Assembly (NCBI RefSeq): GCF_018977255.1
Contig: NW_024704745.1
Span: 45,322,001 to 45,386,000 of the forward strand
Reading direction: 5' to 3'
Length of the DNA stretch: 64,000 nt
Source of the DNA: Callorhinchus milii
Taxonomy: Eukaryota
Shown: positions 37,940 through 51,443 of the stretch, piece after piece
Position numbering within the stretch: position 1 is the stretch's first letter
How the letters are laid out: each line of letters starts with the position of its first letter
Notes under the pieces: generated by a model
What the model was told of the DNA's origin: nothing
The model's input: only the letters and a program-made list of their open reading frames with translations
Databases searched by the model: none
Made by a program: the position numbers and the translations under genes

Positions 37940-38348
37940 AATAATAATCCTTACATTTGGTATAGCACCTTTCACATCGGAAGGTGTCCCAAAGTGCTTC
38001 ACAGGACTGTAAAGTCCAATGACTGTTTTTATGGGTGAACATGGCAGCCAGTTTGTGCACGACAATTTCGTACAAGCAACCATGAATGACCAATTTTATT
38101 TTGTGGGATTGTTGTCCAGGACACCGGGGAAACTTGTTTGTCATTTCAAATAGTGCCATGGGATCTGAATAGGCTTCAGTTTAGCATCTCATCCAAAGGA
38201 TGGTACCTCCAACAATGCAGCTCAGTGCCAGCATTACATTGTAGTACCATCTTTGACTAAAAGAAGAGTTCCAAGTCCAAACATAGGGCTTGAAACCCAA
38301 ACTTCTGACTCAAAAGGTGAGAGTGCTACCAACTGAGCCAGCCTGACA
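37940..38348 (-). mobile_element. Old tRNA-Deu SINE, near full length
   Basis: (AAT)n tail, Deu body, and head CTTCTGACTCAAAAGGTGAGAGTGCTACCAACTGAGCCAGCCTGACA. Confidence 0.8.
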
Positions 38349-38479
38349 CACAATATCCAGTTCTTGGATATGTACCACTCTCCTCTGGTACATATCCAGC
38401 CTCCAATCTACCACCCTTTCATTCTTCCCTCCCCCCCCACTCATTCCCCCCTCTGCACCCCACCCCCCACCCCTCCCCC

Positions 38480-38900
38480 CCACGGCCCATGCAGCTGAAA
38501 CCTTCATCTACATTTTATTGTCTTAAGCTGACTCTGATGCTATCTTTTTTGACTTCTCCAGCTGTACTCTTCGTAAGATCCAGCTCATACAGAACTCTAC
38601 ACCCTGTCATCTTCCCTGCACTAGGCTTTGTGGACCCATCATTCTAGTCCTCACCAGACTCCACACAGACTGTTTGTCTCTCAGAAGTTTGACTTTAAGA
38701 TCCTCATCCCAACCTGCAAATTCTTCCATGCTTTTGCCTGACCAAAACTCTTCATTCTCCTTCAGCCCTGATTACCCACGTACCCTCTCTACTTCTCAGT
38801 CAAGCCATCTTTCATCTTTAAGACACTAAGTCTGCTAGAACCTTCCCCAAATCGCTTTGTCTTGCACCCTCCATCTTCAAAACTCATCCAAAATGTAGCT
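38480..38900 (+). mobile_element. Highly decayed L2 3' fragment
   Basis: GCTGAAACCTTCATC..ATCCAGCTCATACAGAAC..GACTTTAAGATCCTCATC resemble the other L2 copies. Confidence 0.6.
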
Positions 38901-39029
38901 CATAGCTGAACTGTGCTTTTCACCTTGCTCTTTGGTTCAATTTGTCTGAGAAAAATGCCTCAATATATTATCGTACAAGCTTCCTAAATACACCTCAAGT
39001 CTGCACAATCCCATTTCACATAGGACATT

Positions 39030-39513
39030 CAAGATCCTCATCCTCACCTACAAGGCCAGTCACGGCCTCGCTCCCTCCTACCTCTCCGACCTACTATCCC
39101 TCTATCTACCTGCCCGTACCCTCCGTTCCTCTGGCTTTGGTCTGCTCCACATCCCCCGCCCCAACCGCCCTACCATCGGTGGCCGGGCCTTCAGCCTCTC
39201 AGCCCCCTAGGCTCTGGAACTCTATCCCCCAGTGCCTTCGCCTTGCTTCCTCCCTTTCCTCCTTCAAGGCCGGTCTCAAGACCTTTCTCTTTGACCGTGC
39301 CTTCAGCTCCCCTCTCGACTCTCTACCCCCTCCTCGCCCCCTCCCTTCCCTCCCCTCACCCTGACCATTTCCCCCTTCCTCACTCCCTCCCTTCCCTCCC
39401 CTCACCCTGACCCTTTCCCCCTGCTTGGGTCCTGACCCATCTATCCAGCGCTTTGGGACGTCCTCCCGACGTGAAAGCCGCTCTATAAATGGAATCTTGT
39501 TGTTGTTGTTGTT
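39030..39513 (+). mobile_element. Young L2 3' fragment (family A) with TSD
   Basis: PRLWNSIP..LRLASSLSSFKAGLKTFLFDRAF; intact hairpin and (TTG)n; TSD GACATT (39024-39029 and 39514-39519). Confidence 0.95.
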
Positions 39514-40389
39514 GACATTAGATACAGACAATAGATGGAAAAGATTTTCTTCTGACTACTCTGTGGTGGATTCAATCCCAGATCTGAGGTGAAAATTCAG
39601 TGTGGTAATACAGATTTCCTGATCTGTCCATCCATCCGTCCCTCCCATCCATCACATATGAAATACAAGGGATTATACATGCTGTACACTGAGCATAGCC
39701 CTGATGTGTTATACCCACATTCAAAGTGCTGGGGTGAGGTTTGATTATTATCGAAGATAAATGCTTGGAAACAAAAAGAAACCAGTTCAAAGCAGAAGTT
39801 CCTTGTAAACACATATGGCTAATATTAAATTACGACTTGTAGTATATTTGGAATCACAAAGCAAAGGAAAAAGAGCGAGAGAGGCACCATCACACCTACA
39901 TGAGTTTTGGTTCCTTGCTGAGTGTAATGTTATGGGTTTAATGTTGTTAAAGATTTTACTGATCCTGTTGGGGATGAATCCTTGAAAGAAATGCAGCTTG
40001 ATATTCGGATGACTGATCTCTCTATTTTGCAAGTTTTGTATTATCTTTTTTATCCTTTTTGCCCTCTTTTCACACTATGCTCCTGAAAGCAGCAGAATGG
40101 GCATAACATTGGAATTCATGCCTTTTAACCACAATGTATTTTATAATCTATGTGGGAATGGATTGGTGTATTTTAAAATTGTGCAATGTGACAACGCTTC
40201 CAAGTGGGGAAGGAAGGTATTCCACGCTTCATGATTTTAATAAAGCTGCTTTGTTAAAATGAAAGCTGGTTAACCCTTTCATTCCCTCTCCCTTCTGATC
40301 ATAGGCTAATGTTATGCTATTCGATAAGACAAGGGAGTTTATCCCAGTGTTCTGGCCCACAATCTTCCAAAAAAATTGATTACTCACTT

Positions 40390-41812
40390 CATAAGAACAT
40401 AAGAAATGCTAGACAAAAAAAACCAAGATGCATCTAGTTCACCTTCCACCTTCTTGGCAGTTGTATATTCATATGTCCTGAGGCTCCTATGTACTATATC
40501 CCATAATATTATTTCCTAAAAGAAAACTATCTAATCTGTGTTTGAACCGTCTTCCCTAGGGAGCCTGTTCCACAGGTTCACTATTCATTCATTGAAATAG
40601 TGTTTGCGTAGATTCATTCTGAATTGACCCCCTTCAAACGCAAGCCGTGTCCTCTGGTTTTACTATTCTGGACAAGTTGAAACAGCCTGTCATGATCTAT
40701 ATTATCTAGCTCAATTAGAATCTTAAAGATAGCAATCATGTTGCCTCTCAATCTTTTCTTTTCCAGTGTGAACATAACCAATTTACTTAGTCACTCCTCA
40801 TAGTCCAGTCCTTCCATTACCTCAATCATTTTGGTTGCCCTCCTCTGTATCCTCTCGATTTCTCCGATATCCTTTTTGTACTGCGATGACCAGAGCTGTA
40901 CGCAGTATTCTAAATATGGTCTCACCAATGATTTATACAGTGGCAGAATTACCTCACTATTTTGGCTTGCTGTTGATCTTTTGATACATCCCAACATCTG
41001 GTTTGCTTTACTCACTGCCACAGAGCATGGGTGAGCTTCAATTTATTATCAATTGTGAATCCTAGGTCCTTTTCATTTTCCATACATATTATTTTCCTAC
41101 CATTCAAATAATAGTCCTTTCTAGGATTTTTTGACCCCATGTGAAGTACTTTACATTTCTCCACATTGAATTTCATCTGCCACTGATCTGCCCAATTCCC
41201 AGGCATGTTCAAATCCTCCTGTAACCTATTTTGTTCAGCTTCACAATCTGCCACCTTCATTAGCTTGGTCTCATCTGCAAACTTAGCCACTGTGCTTGTA
41301 ACTCCTAATTCCAGTTCATTTATAAAAATATTAAACAAATGAGGTCCCAAAACAGACCCTTGTGGAACTACACTGGTAACATTTTCCCAGTCTGATGACA
41401 TTCCCTGTACCACCACCTTCTGGGTTCTTCCGGTCAACCAGTTGTGCATCCATTGTAATATACCTCCACTGATTCCCACTTTCTTTACTTTCAGTACCAA
41501 CCTCTCAAGAGGAACTGTATCAAAGACCTTGCTGAAATCCAGCTATGCATCCACAGCCTTACCCTTGTTAAGCTCAAAACACATTGTCACACTATTAAAG
41601 AAAAACAGTAAATTAGATTGGTAAGATGGCCCCTTCATGAACCCATGTTGGTTATCATTTGTGATTTATTTCTGTCCAGATGCTCCATGATTTTACTCTT
41701 AATAAGTCTCCATAATTTTACCCACAATGGATGTCAAACTTACTGGTCTGTAGTTCCCTGGGGCACTTTTGCTACCATCCTTAAAAATAGAAGTAACATT
41801 TGCTTTTCTTCA
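40390..41812 (-). mobile_element. CR1 LINE ORF2 (RT to 3' end), decayed
   Basis: ORF 41012..41500 reads VPQGSVLGPHLFNIFIN..KFADETKL..WQMKFNVEKCKVLH; ORF 40791..41021 reads LYKSLVRPYLEYCVQLWS..QRRATKMI; CATAAGAACATAAGAA tail at 40390. Confidence 0.95.
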
Positions 41813-41989
41813 GTCCTCTGACACCTCTCCAGTATGACTGTTTGCGGGACATTGCTGTGTGCAAATTGTCAGTGTTCCATAAATATATGCAATAGATGTT
41901 CAACATTTGGCACATTGTTAAGAAGTATCTTAATTTTGAAGCTGGTTTTCTGTAAGTTATGTTAAGATCTACAGAAAACAGTTGGTAAC

Positions 41990-42350
41990 ACATTTTCCTC
42001 TGGCTCAGAAGGTTGGGGGGTTCAATTTTAGGTTGAATCTTAGTCTAGATTGCCATTCTGATGCAGTATTGAGGGAACGCTGTACTGTCAGAGGAGCTGG
42101 GATCTGGTTGAGACATTTAATGGAGATCCCATCTGTCAGTTTAAATTAAAGATTCCATGACCCTATTGAAATAGGTAACAGAGATTTTCCCAGAGTCTTG
42201 CTCAACAATCCTCCAGATAAATTGGTCATTTACATCTTGGCTCTTTGTGGAATAATTGCTGTGTGCAAATTATCTGCTCTAATACAATCTTTCCACTTGA
42301 TAGCAATTTTCTGTGAAGTACTTTATAGATGCTGTATCAAATGCAAGGAC
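41990..42350 (+). mobile_element. Old tRNA-Deu SINE relic
   Basis: CCTCTGGCTCAGAAGGTTG..GGTTCAA head and GCAGTATTGAGGGAACGCTGTACTGTCAGAGG Deu core. Confidence 0.7.
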
Positions 42351-43332
42351 TGTTTTAAGATTCTGGTGGAGACTCATTCATGAATAAATCCCAAACTCAG
42401 AAGACTGCAGCACTACAATAGTATGATATTCTCATTCCCCACATCAGCTATCCTGGTGTCTTGGTGAAATAAGAATAAAGATTGCCTAGTACCTGTTAGA
42501 CCATAAACTATTGAAGGTAAAATAATCAATTAACTTCAGGAGAGAAAAGAAGATTGAGAATATAAGAAAGAATAACATTCATAATGATATATAACTCAAT
42601 TATTTGGAACAATAGAAGCAAATGCAATTGTTTATGGAGAACTTACAATTCATAGATGCTTGTGGCTTGTCTTTCTGTTCTAAATAAATGCTTTCTCCAG
42701 ACTTAATATGAAAGAAGTTCAATTTTACTCTGCATTCAAGAGTGCTAAATTAAGCTATAGAGACATCTACAGCTTTAAAAATGCAATACAGCTCTTCATC
42801 TTCTGTGCAGGTTTCCCACATTTATTCGTAATCCATTGTTCTATTATATAGCACATTCATGTCATGGCAGTCACATTAACGGAGTAAAACATAACATCCT
42901 GGCTGGACAAGAACACCAGGCTCCAAGGTAAACTAAGCAAAAATCTACTCTCATTTTGCTTCACTACAAAATTTGTTTTTTTTTATGGAGGAAGTGCAAA
43001 GATGATAGAAAAATATCAATCAAAGCTAAGAGCTGGTTCATTTAGAAACTAGTTTAATGAGCATATTACAGAACGCACCAGCTAGTACAGCAAGATCGGA
43101 CTCTCAGCATACTTTTTTGAAAATTTCTACCGAACCCCATCTCGATCTGCTTTACAACTTCCAAATTTGAATCTACATTGCCAATTTAGTTTTCATTCGG
43201 AGTACTCCCACCTCTTGATCCAAAGATTTTGAAGAATCTGAACAATTGCAAGGATGTGCAAGGAAATGTCGCACAAGTTTTAGACTGTTGTGTCATTTTC
43301 TAGAGGTATCTTTGTGTATATAAGAAGTTTCC

Positions 43333-43442
43333 CCCACAAAATATACAGTCAATTCATATTACAGCATATTCTGTGAAGCGCTTTGAGATGTCTCAAAGAC
43401 GTGATAAAGCGCTATATCAAATGCAATGATTATTATTATTAT
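43333..43442 (+). mobile_element. SINE 3' tail fragment
   Basis: CCCACAAAATATACAGTCAATTC..GAAGCGCTTTGAGATGTCTCAAAGACGTGATAAAGCGCT..(TTA)n. Confidence 0.85.
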
Positions 43443-44393
43443 AATTTGGATCTCCTGATTTCAACAGGCAAAATTGGCCTCGGACGTCAGTATTAAAGTA
43501 TTCACAATCGATCATTTACTCCCAGATGGAAAATTTGACACCAACAGTTTTGCCCAATTTGTGCCCAAGTTTGCATTTACTTCCATAGATAGGATGGGCT
43601 CAGTCATTTTCTGCACTTTGATCAGGAACCTAAGGAAGGAGATGGTGGAGCATGTTCGGTAAATGCTTCTTTCACAGTTTCTTAAAAGTCTATTGATTGA
43701 CGAAATCCAGTATCTAATTTATTTGGCATTCAGAAACTCATTAATCATAAAAATTCTAATCTGTGCATAAAGTAATTTTCACAGAACCATTTCAATTAAC
43801 ATTGACTCTTGACCAATATTTGTTTAAAAAGAACACGATTCAATGGCGAAAAAGAGTAGACACACTCGAGCACTGAACACAATTCCTAGCAATTTATTAT
43901 ATTAGTCATGGTCTTTCATTACTTCTAATCCTTGATGACTTCCCCATTTTCTCATAATTGCCTGATTTTTAACTGTCTTTTATTACTGAGACTGTACCTT
44001 CAATGTCATGTTTATAGTCATGCATAATAAAGCATAGAAGCGGAAAAGGTCATTTGGCCCACCAATTGCATTCCTTCCACAGGCTCGAAAAGCCTACTGT
44101 AATAATTACTTGTATTTAAAGTATTTAAGCACCAGAATATTCTTCCATTCATCCATATATTTCCACATTTTGATACTGACTTATTTACCTCCATGGAAAG
44201 CAGTGCCTTTCCATGCCACCAGCCAACTTGGGAGCCTTATCCAGGCATGAGCCAAAGCTTGCTGCAAAGGAAGGAGAAATAGATTCCTGATTGCACTGTT
44301 TAAAGTGTGTTTTGCTTGACCCTTTTATAATGCTAATCAGATTATTTCTTTCAAAATTGTCACTCCCACATTGTGCTTTCACTTTACTACAGG

Positions 44394-44681
44394 GGGGTCC
44401 TGTAGCATAGTGGTTAGAGCACTTGCCACACAAGCGAGAGACCTAGGTTCCATTCCAGGGCAGGACGAAACATTGGGCAAGTTTCTTTACTGTACACACC
44501 TCTGTTTACCTAACAGTAAGCAGGAACCCGGTTGTTAGCCATTGTGCGCAATTGGCTGCCACGTTTTGCCCACAAAATATACAGTCAATTCACTTTACAG
44601 TATATTCTGTGAAATGCTTTGAGATGACTCAAAGATCTAATGAGGCGCTATATCAAATGTAAGGATTATTATTATATTATT
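44394..44681 (+). mobile_element. tRNA-CORE-Deu SINE, long-form derivative with internal deletion
   Basis: Head plus the complete CORE-like segment, joined directly to TGTGCGCAATTGG. Confidence 0.9.
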
Positions 44682-45154
44682 GTACTAAAGTTTTCTTTGC
44701 CTTAACAATGGATGGTTTGCCATCTAGTTCCTGACAATCTGGAAATATAAAGTGAAACGTGCAAATATGATTCAATTTAAACTCCAGTGGGATCCATGAA
44801 AGATGGACTGCAAGGAGAGGGGGAATAATTTGTGAAATTCTCATCAAGCTAAAAGGCAGTGTTAACTTTAACTACCTAAAATACTTTTTAAATTCTGTTT
44901 CTGAAATTAGATGTCAAAAAATCATAAATCACTGATAATTGCTTGTCCCCAGGCTCATGTAATGTACTTCTTAATTGTTTTGAGAACTTCAGAACTTGAT
45001 CAGTCTCCTGGAAGTTAATGTCTTCCAGCAGCTAATATTAAGCGAGCTCCAGTGCTGTAGGAATCTGACAGTGAAAAGTGTTGGTTTCAATTATTAGACA
45101 AAATGCAATATTTTTTCCTTTGATTTGATCATATGTTTAAGAAAATTGGATTAC

Positions 45155-45312
45155 ACAAGGTGAGCTCAACTGTGATTTCATCCCTGATCGAACACTGACA
45201 CTTAGTGTCTCTGCCCATATATGATGGATGATTATTTGCGAGACGTACCCCAGGGCTACTGATGCCAAGAGATCCAAACCCCAGTAAGAGTCCGTGCCTT
45301 CAAGAGAGAGTG
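45155..45312 (+). mobile_element. Possible LF-SINE-like ancient repeat fragment
   Basis: CTGACACTTAGTGTCT..GCGAGACGTACC..CCCCAGTAAGAGTC..CCTTCAAGAGAG resembles the LF-SINE 3' region as I recall it; not database-verified. Confidence 0.35.
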
Positions 45313-46119
45313 TGAACATCAGAGGGGAAGCAAAAGCAATTTAATTTAAATATCATGAATAAGTCACATCTATACTGTTGAAACATCTCAAAGTGCTTCA
45401 TAGTTAATTGCTGCCAAGTGCAGTGACTGTCTTTTGTAGGCAAATGTGATGGCCAATTTTTTTATACATCTAAATACTGTGACTTGAAAGATAGGCTCTT
45501 TGCCCAAACCTAGTAGCTCCAAAAGGGTAGTGGTGGATGTTCTTTCTGAAATGTTAATCTTTATACCAATTGTGCTCTCACAATGGTATTAAGGAAAGTG
45601 GAGGATGCTACAGCTGAAGAAATCTAAGAAAATATTTTACCTACCTCCACTTTACCCTGCCTCAAAAGGCCTGACCAGACTTCTTGGATAAAATTAAAAA
45701 TTATGAAGAACATTTGTCCAATCCACATAACACTTTATTTGTCATATTTCCTGATCTTTCATGTTTTTTAATTTGAGGATCAGAGGAGATGAGCAGCAAA
45801 ATGGCACACTGGTCTTAAAACTTAAGTGGGATCTTCTCTGACAATGAAAAATAACTAGACCAGGAGATAGTTGCAATGGAAATGAAAACAGTTCGGAGGC
45901 CTTTTGTCACTCACTCCAAGCTTTAAAATGGGATTGTGTTCTGCGCAGACCTTTGCCAGCTCATTCCCAGACCCAGCAATGCATCAAACAGCAAAGGAAG
46001 AATGAATTAATGAGGGGACTGGAATAGGGCTCTGAATAGAAAAGGATCAATTGAAACAACATAAATGGGATAACTAACTGTGACTGTAAAAAGAGGAAAT
46101 TACTTCCTTTCATTGTCTC

Positions 46120-46239
46120 TTGAGTCGTCCTCCTGACGTGAAAGGTGCTATACCCCAGCGCCTTGGGACGTCCTCCCGACGTGAAAGGCGCTCTATAAAT
46201 TAAATCTTGTTGCTATACAACTGTAATTTGTTGTTGTTG
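46120..46239 (+). mobile_element. Two nested L2 hairpin-plus-tail fragments
   Basis: The inner copy (46154-46210) is flanked by TSD TGCTATAC (46146-46153 and 46211-46218) inside an older tail copy. Confidence 0.9.
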
Positions 46240-46582
46240 GTCAGTGACTTGAGAAAATCCCAGTCCACACCCTTTATGTTTTATTTCAAATTAAAATTAA
46301 CAAAGCAGCCCTTCCTAACGAGGGTTTAATTATTTCTGATAATAAAAATAAAATGGTACCCAGATCCAAAAAAATTAACTTATTACTGCAGCCATAAACA
46401 TTGATAAACCTGTTACTAAATCTCCTGGACAGTTGTTATATCAAGTCACACACTGTTGAATAGAAAATCCTATGGCCTGACAGTGTAGGGCAGCATTTCC
46501 ACCTGGCCGACTGTTTGAAATATTTGCATTTAAAAATAGAAATGCAGGGAATTGATGATGAAGAACTTGAAAAGATCCATAA

Positions 46583-46788
46583 TGATAATGATCCCTCAAG
46601 AAAAAAAGCAATAATGAATTGGTCACTCAATCCACGACTGTTTGTGGAACATTGCTGTGCACAATTGGCTGCCGCATTTCACCCACAAATATATAGTCAA
46701 TTCACCTTACAGTATATGCTATGAAGAGTTTGAGACGTCTAGAAGACGTGAAAAATGCTATATCAAAAGCAAGGATTACTATTGTTAT
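46583..46788 (+). mobile_element. SINE 3' half, TAGAA-loop tail
   Basis: GATAATGATCCCTCAAG..Deu segment..GAGACGTCTAGAAGACGTGAAAA. Confidence 0.85.
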
Positions 46789-48499
46789 CAATGGTTGTGC
46801 GATGGCACAAGCAGCAGAGAGGAGAGCCTGAGAGAGCTCTAGCGTGAAAGATAGCCGGAATAAAATCATCCTTTGCAACAGATAAATAGAGAGAGCGTAA
46901 ATGCTAGAATATTACCATTTACATTAAGTTGAAATATCAGAGAAGAGCAGGTAAACAGTATGACCATAAATAGCATTTTTCCAAGAAAGGAGACTTATTC
47001 TTTCCTTCTATAAGCCTGACAAGAAAGAGATTCATTTTGAGCAGCCATGTTGCAGACAGGTGGTGTGGGTGACAGGTACAGTGGTGCCTGATGGAAAAGT
47101 AGAGTTTGACATCCTTGCATGTCAGTAGAGGTCCTGTGATGATTAATCAGACTTGAAATTATAGACTCTCTCCCTACGAACACAACCTTCCTAACTGTGT
47201 TTCTTTCCCCATCCGGTGCCGTTTGTCAGTTCTGAAATTCCTCTGTGCTGTGGATGATTGTTTTTCCCTCTGCCTCTCTGTTTTTAGTTCTTAACATAAT
47301 AAACTCATCGTGCTCTGTATGGAAGCTTGAGCTTCTTAGCCTATTCCCCATGTTATTTGATAATTTAAGAATTTTTAAATATTTTTTTTAAAAAAAGTTT
47401 GGATCCCTGAAGGGACAACTTCCTACCCTGCAAAACAATTATGCTAATGGTAGGAGAACAAATAATTTGAAAGCTGTGGTGTGAAAATTGTTACATTAAA
47501 ACAAAACATTAACAAGTCCTTTTTAAAAACTGTATTCCATGCGTACTGTGTTCAGCAATAAATTGTTTCCATTTATAAATAATTGCCAGTCTCAGGCTTA
47601 CTCGCTCCACCCTGACTATCGAAGTTAGCTTTTTGTTTTTGCAAACTACATGGCACCATTTTCTTGATTTTTCAGGCACTGGGCTGATTACAAAAGAAGA
47701 TACTGGAGTCAGTGTTTCAATACTGCTTCAGTGTTTCAGCGTCTTGCATGAGGAAGCCAACTAAATGAAGTTAGCATCCTGTAGTGTTTGCTTAACTGAG
47801 ATGCCAACTCAGCTCTCAGGGGACCAGTTTACTTCCCAATAGAGAGGCCAATTTCACTGCTCATCTGCTGCTCCTGTCTACTGCGCATGACTAAGGCTGA
47901 AGGATAAATTGCACTAACATAGAAAAAATCACTCCCAAGTATTTCTCTAAGGAAACTTCTTGCTTAGGGAAAATGATTTGTTACATCTTAGCCTGCCTGA
48001 AGACCTTCCTTTCAGGTTGTTTGAAGCTCACTGGCACTTTGATAGTCATTTGCTGGCCAAGCCATGTAGTTAAAATATCAGCACCGTGGGGACTGCAAAC
48101 TCATTTATTAAAGCGCACACACAAAAGAGTCTTGTTAAACAGCTCATAATCTTAACAATTTGTGTTAACATGAGGTCTTGTGACTTTGCCAGCAGGGATT
48201 CTGTCGTAACTCTATGTGGAGGCAGAAGACAGAAGGCTGCACTCCCTAAAGCTGTAAAGACAGTGTTGTGAAACGCCTTTTCAATTGGATAGAAACTGAC
48301 AGATGCATCAGGCAAGGCCAAGGACTTTCTGGAATTATAACCTGCAAGTACTGGGTGAGAGAAGGCTAAAACAATCTAGAACTTCATAAACCCAAGTGTA
48401 GCACCAGCTCAGCACTATTTCTTGCCTTATCTGACTTATCTTCCATATTTTTCAATCCTGATGTGTCCCAACTCTTCATTCTGGATTCACATTTATACA

Positions 48500-48995
48500 T
48501 GCATTCGTCACCTCAAAGCTCAATTACGGAAACTCCCTCCTTGTCGGCCACCCCAACTCTTCCCTCCGCAAGCTGCAGATCATCCAGAACTTTGCAGCTT
48601 GTGTCCTCTCCCGCACCAGGCTTTGGGACCCCATCACCCTCACCCTCACCCGGCTCCACTGGCTCCCCATCCCTCAGAGGATAGAATTCAAAATCCTCAT
48701 CCTCACTTTCAAGGCCCTCCACAGCTTTGCCTCCTCCTACATCTCTGACCTGCTGACCCCCTATCAACCTTTCCACTCCCTCCATTCAGCAGCTCCAGCC
48801 TTCTCCACGTCTTCTGCCTGGCCCGCCGTACCATCGGCGGCCAGGCTTTCAACTTCTCTTCCTCACCCTTTGGAACTCCATCCCACAATCTCTTCGCCTT
48901 GCTCCCTCCCTTGCCTCTTTGAAGGCACAATTCAAGACTCTCCTTTTGACCATGCCTTCAGCCGCCCTTCTACCTCTTGCCCTACCTCACCCCAA
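48500..48995 (+). mobile_element. L2 3' fragment
   Basis: KLQIIQN, ITLTLTRLHWLPIPQRIEFKILILTFKALH and GGQAF..LWNSIP motifs. Confidence 0.85.
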
Positions 48996-49199
48996 CCCTG
49001 TACCATACTTTTGATAGCATCTTGGAGTGTTTCATACTACTGCCCCAGCATTCATTAGGTGATATTTGTCAAACTTTGTGATGTGTTCCTTCTGATAACC
49101 ATCACTAATGCTTCTTGACATGCCATTGAATGTCTTTCTTCATCAGCAGTCTTATTTATCTGTCTGTCAGCCCCAATTCTGCCCTGCCTACTCTCGAGA

Positions 49200-49391
49200 C
49201 TGGGGTGGCCAAGGAGCCATTGCTTCTTTGGCAGATGCTGCTGTAACGTCTGCTACTTTTGCAGATTTTCATTAATTTCTGAGTGGAAACTCCTTCCTGT
49301 TGTACTACTTAAAAATGTTGCTTTCATGCCCCAAACCCAGACTAGTGTGAATATTTGGGGCGGCCCGTGGGCCGGGGCTTGGCCACCGCTG
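49200..49391. mobile_element. hAT (Charlie-like) MITE
   Basis: Terminal inverted repeats CTGGGGTGGCCAA (49200-49212) and TTGGCCACCGCTG (49379-49391); subterminal GCGGCCCGTGGGCCG; TSD degenerate. Confidence 0.65.
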
Positions 49392-51059
49392 ATGTAGGAT
49401 AATGTATCAAAGCGCTTCATCGCTGAATCCAATTCCATCCTTGGAACATTTAGCCAACAAGGAAAAAAACAATGTGAACAGTTCTGCACCTGCTAAAATA
49501 TATGGGACTGAAATATCCCTGCAAGCATTGATTATAGCACACTCTGTATATGAGCAGACCAAAAATCACCAGGCCTGTCCATTTACATAACAGTGGCAGC
49601 AGAAAAGTGGCTGGCAAACCAAAGTGGTCAGGCAATTGGTGACTCCACTATATTCCATTATTGGGTCATTCATGACAGCCACATCCACTTGGTGTATAGC
49701 TGTGGTATTGACACAGCAATTTTGTTTCAATTTTAAAAAAGACAGCATCTTGGACTTGAAATGAAGCAAACAATTGCACATCTAAAATCACAATGACATC
49801 TTTTAGTATTCTTAGCTATGTCTCGCAAATCGATTGTGCTTTAATTGAAGCTGTTTTATTTTTGCGTTGCAAATTTTGTCTTTTGAGTATGTCCATGAGG
49901 CTTGTGATTCCATTAAAAAGGTGTATTCACCTGAGACATTTTTAGAATGACAACATTTTAGTGAGGCCTGAAAGGAGCCATTTCCAACTGGCTCACATCA
50001 TCCATTTCTGTATCACCTTGACTGAAATAGATAACGTCTGTTAAATCACAAATTAGCACAAATGAAACTCACAATTTAATTTTTTTCCTTGGTGCAGCCA
50101 GCATAGATAATGATGTTGAATGATATGGGTGGAGCACTGTCATTTATAACAAATATCTAATGTATTTGCATTTGATAGTGCCTTTTATCACGTCAAAATG
50201 TTTCAAAGCACTTCACAACAAGTTGCTTTGAAGTGCAAAGACTGTTTTTGTTTTGTAGACTAACACAGCAGCTAATCTGCAATCATTAATATGCTGTGAA
50301 CAGTAAAGAGAAAAATGATAATTTTTCAGGTAAATTTGTAAGAGATGGAATATTGGTTAACAATCCGGAAAACTTTCAGATTTCTTTTCAATTTTCCCCT
50401 TCTATTTTTCTCCCCTCCCACAGCCTTGCATTTTTCCTATCAGAACCATATTGCCTTTGTTTTCCTTTGCATTGTAATTTAGTTTTAGCAGAACAATGCC
50501 AAACGAACAAATGCACGCATCCATCACTATCTCACACAAAATGCTACCAGGACTCTCATTCACATCCTTGTGAAATCACTTGATTTCTCAAATACACTTC
50601 TCGCCAGTCTTCCTAGTTCCATTATGCACAATCTCTAGCTCATACAACACCCACTGCCCACATACGTACCCACATCAAGCTCTGCATGTCCATTTCCATA
50701 GTCCTCTGTTCACCAAGGTCCATTGGCTTTTCGTCTCCCAACAGATTGACTTCAAAGTCTTCACCCTCATCTATGAATCTTTCCAAAAACAACTTGCATT
50801 CACATACCATGCCCTATCTCTTATTTCCTAAGTTTTTGAAATCCTTCTAGGTATTAGCCTTAGGATTTATATTCTTAAATTCATATTATGCAGAATATTA
50901 AAATTCATCAATTGTGTCTTAATTTGCAAGTCTTTATTTTTTGCCATTTTTAGAACATGCAAACAAAATGACTTGCAAATCAAGACTGAATCTAAAAGCA
51001 GGACTTCCCAAAAATTGAGGCGCTCTCTGAGTACCTTACTGGACTGTCAACCTAGCCTC

Positions 51060-51443
51060 AAGTTAAGGTGTAGGGCTAGAATTCTATCATCAGCCACCCA
51101 TGTCTTGACCCTTAGCAGGCTCCACACCGTTATCACTTCAATTCTTGCCTCAATGCACTCCACTAGCCACCACTTTTGCTCAACTAGCTCAGGTCTTCTG
51201 CATATCCCTCGTTCCCTCCATTCTACCATTGGCAGCCATGCTTTCAGCCACTATGCCTCCAATCTCTGGAACTAACCTGCCTCAGACCCACCGTCTTGCC
51301 CCTCTTTGCCCATCTTTAAATCACACCTGAAAACTTTTCGCTTTGACCGTGCATTTGGTCACCTCGGCATCAAATCAGACCAATGTTAAGTACTCAGGCG
51401 CTACCTGTGTGAAGGGTGTTGTATAAAAGCAAGTTGCTGTTGT
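51060..51443 (+). mobile_element. L2 3' fragment (family B tail)
   Basis: IGSHAFSHYASNLWN..FKSHLKTF.FDRAF, then a tail ending GCAAGTTGCTGTTG. Confidence 0.8.

Noticed and set aside
43468-43658. Candidate 191-bp plus-strand exon (cag|GCAAAA...TTCG|gtaaat) with an open frame
   Set aside because: The pyrimidine tract is weak and abuts a SINE tail, and the peptide is unrecognised; it is compatible with chance.
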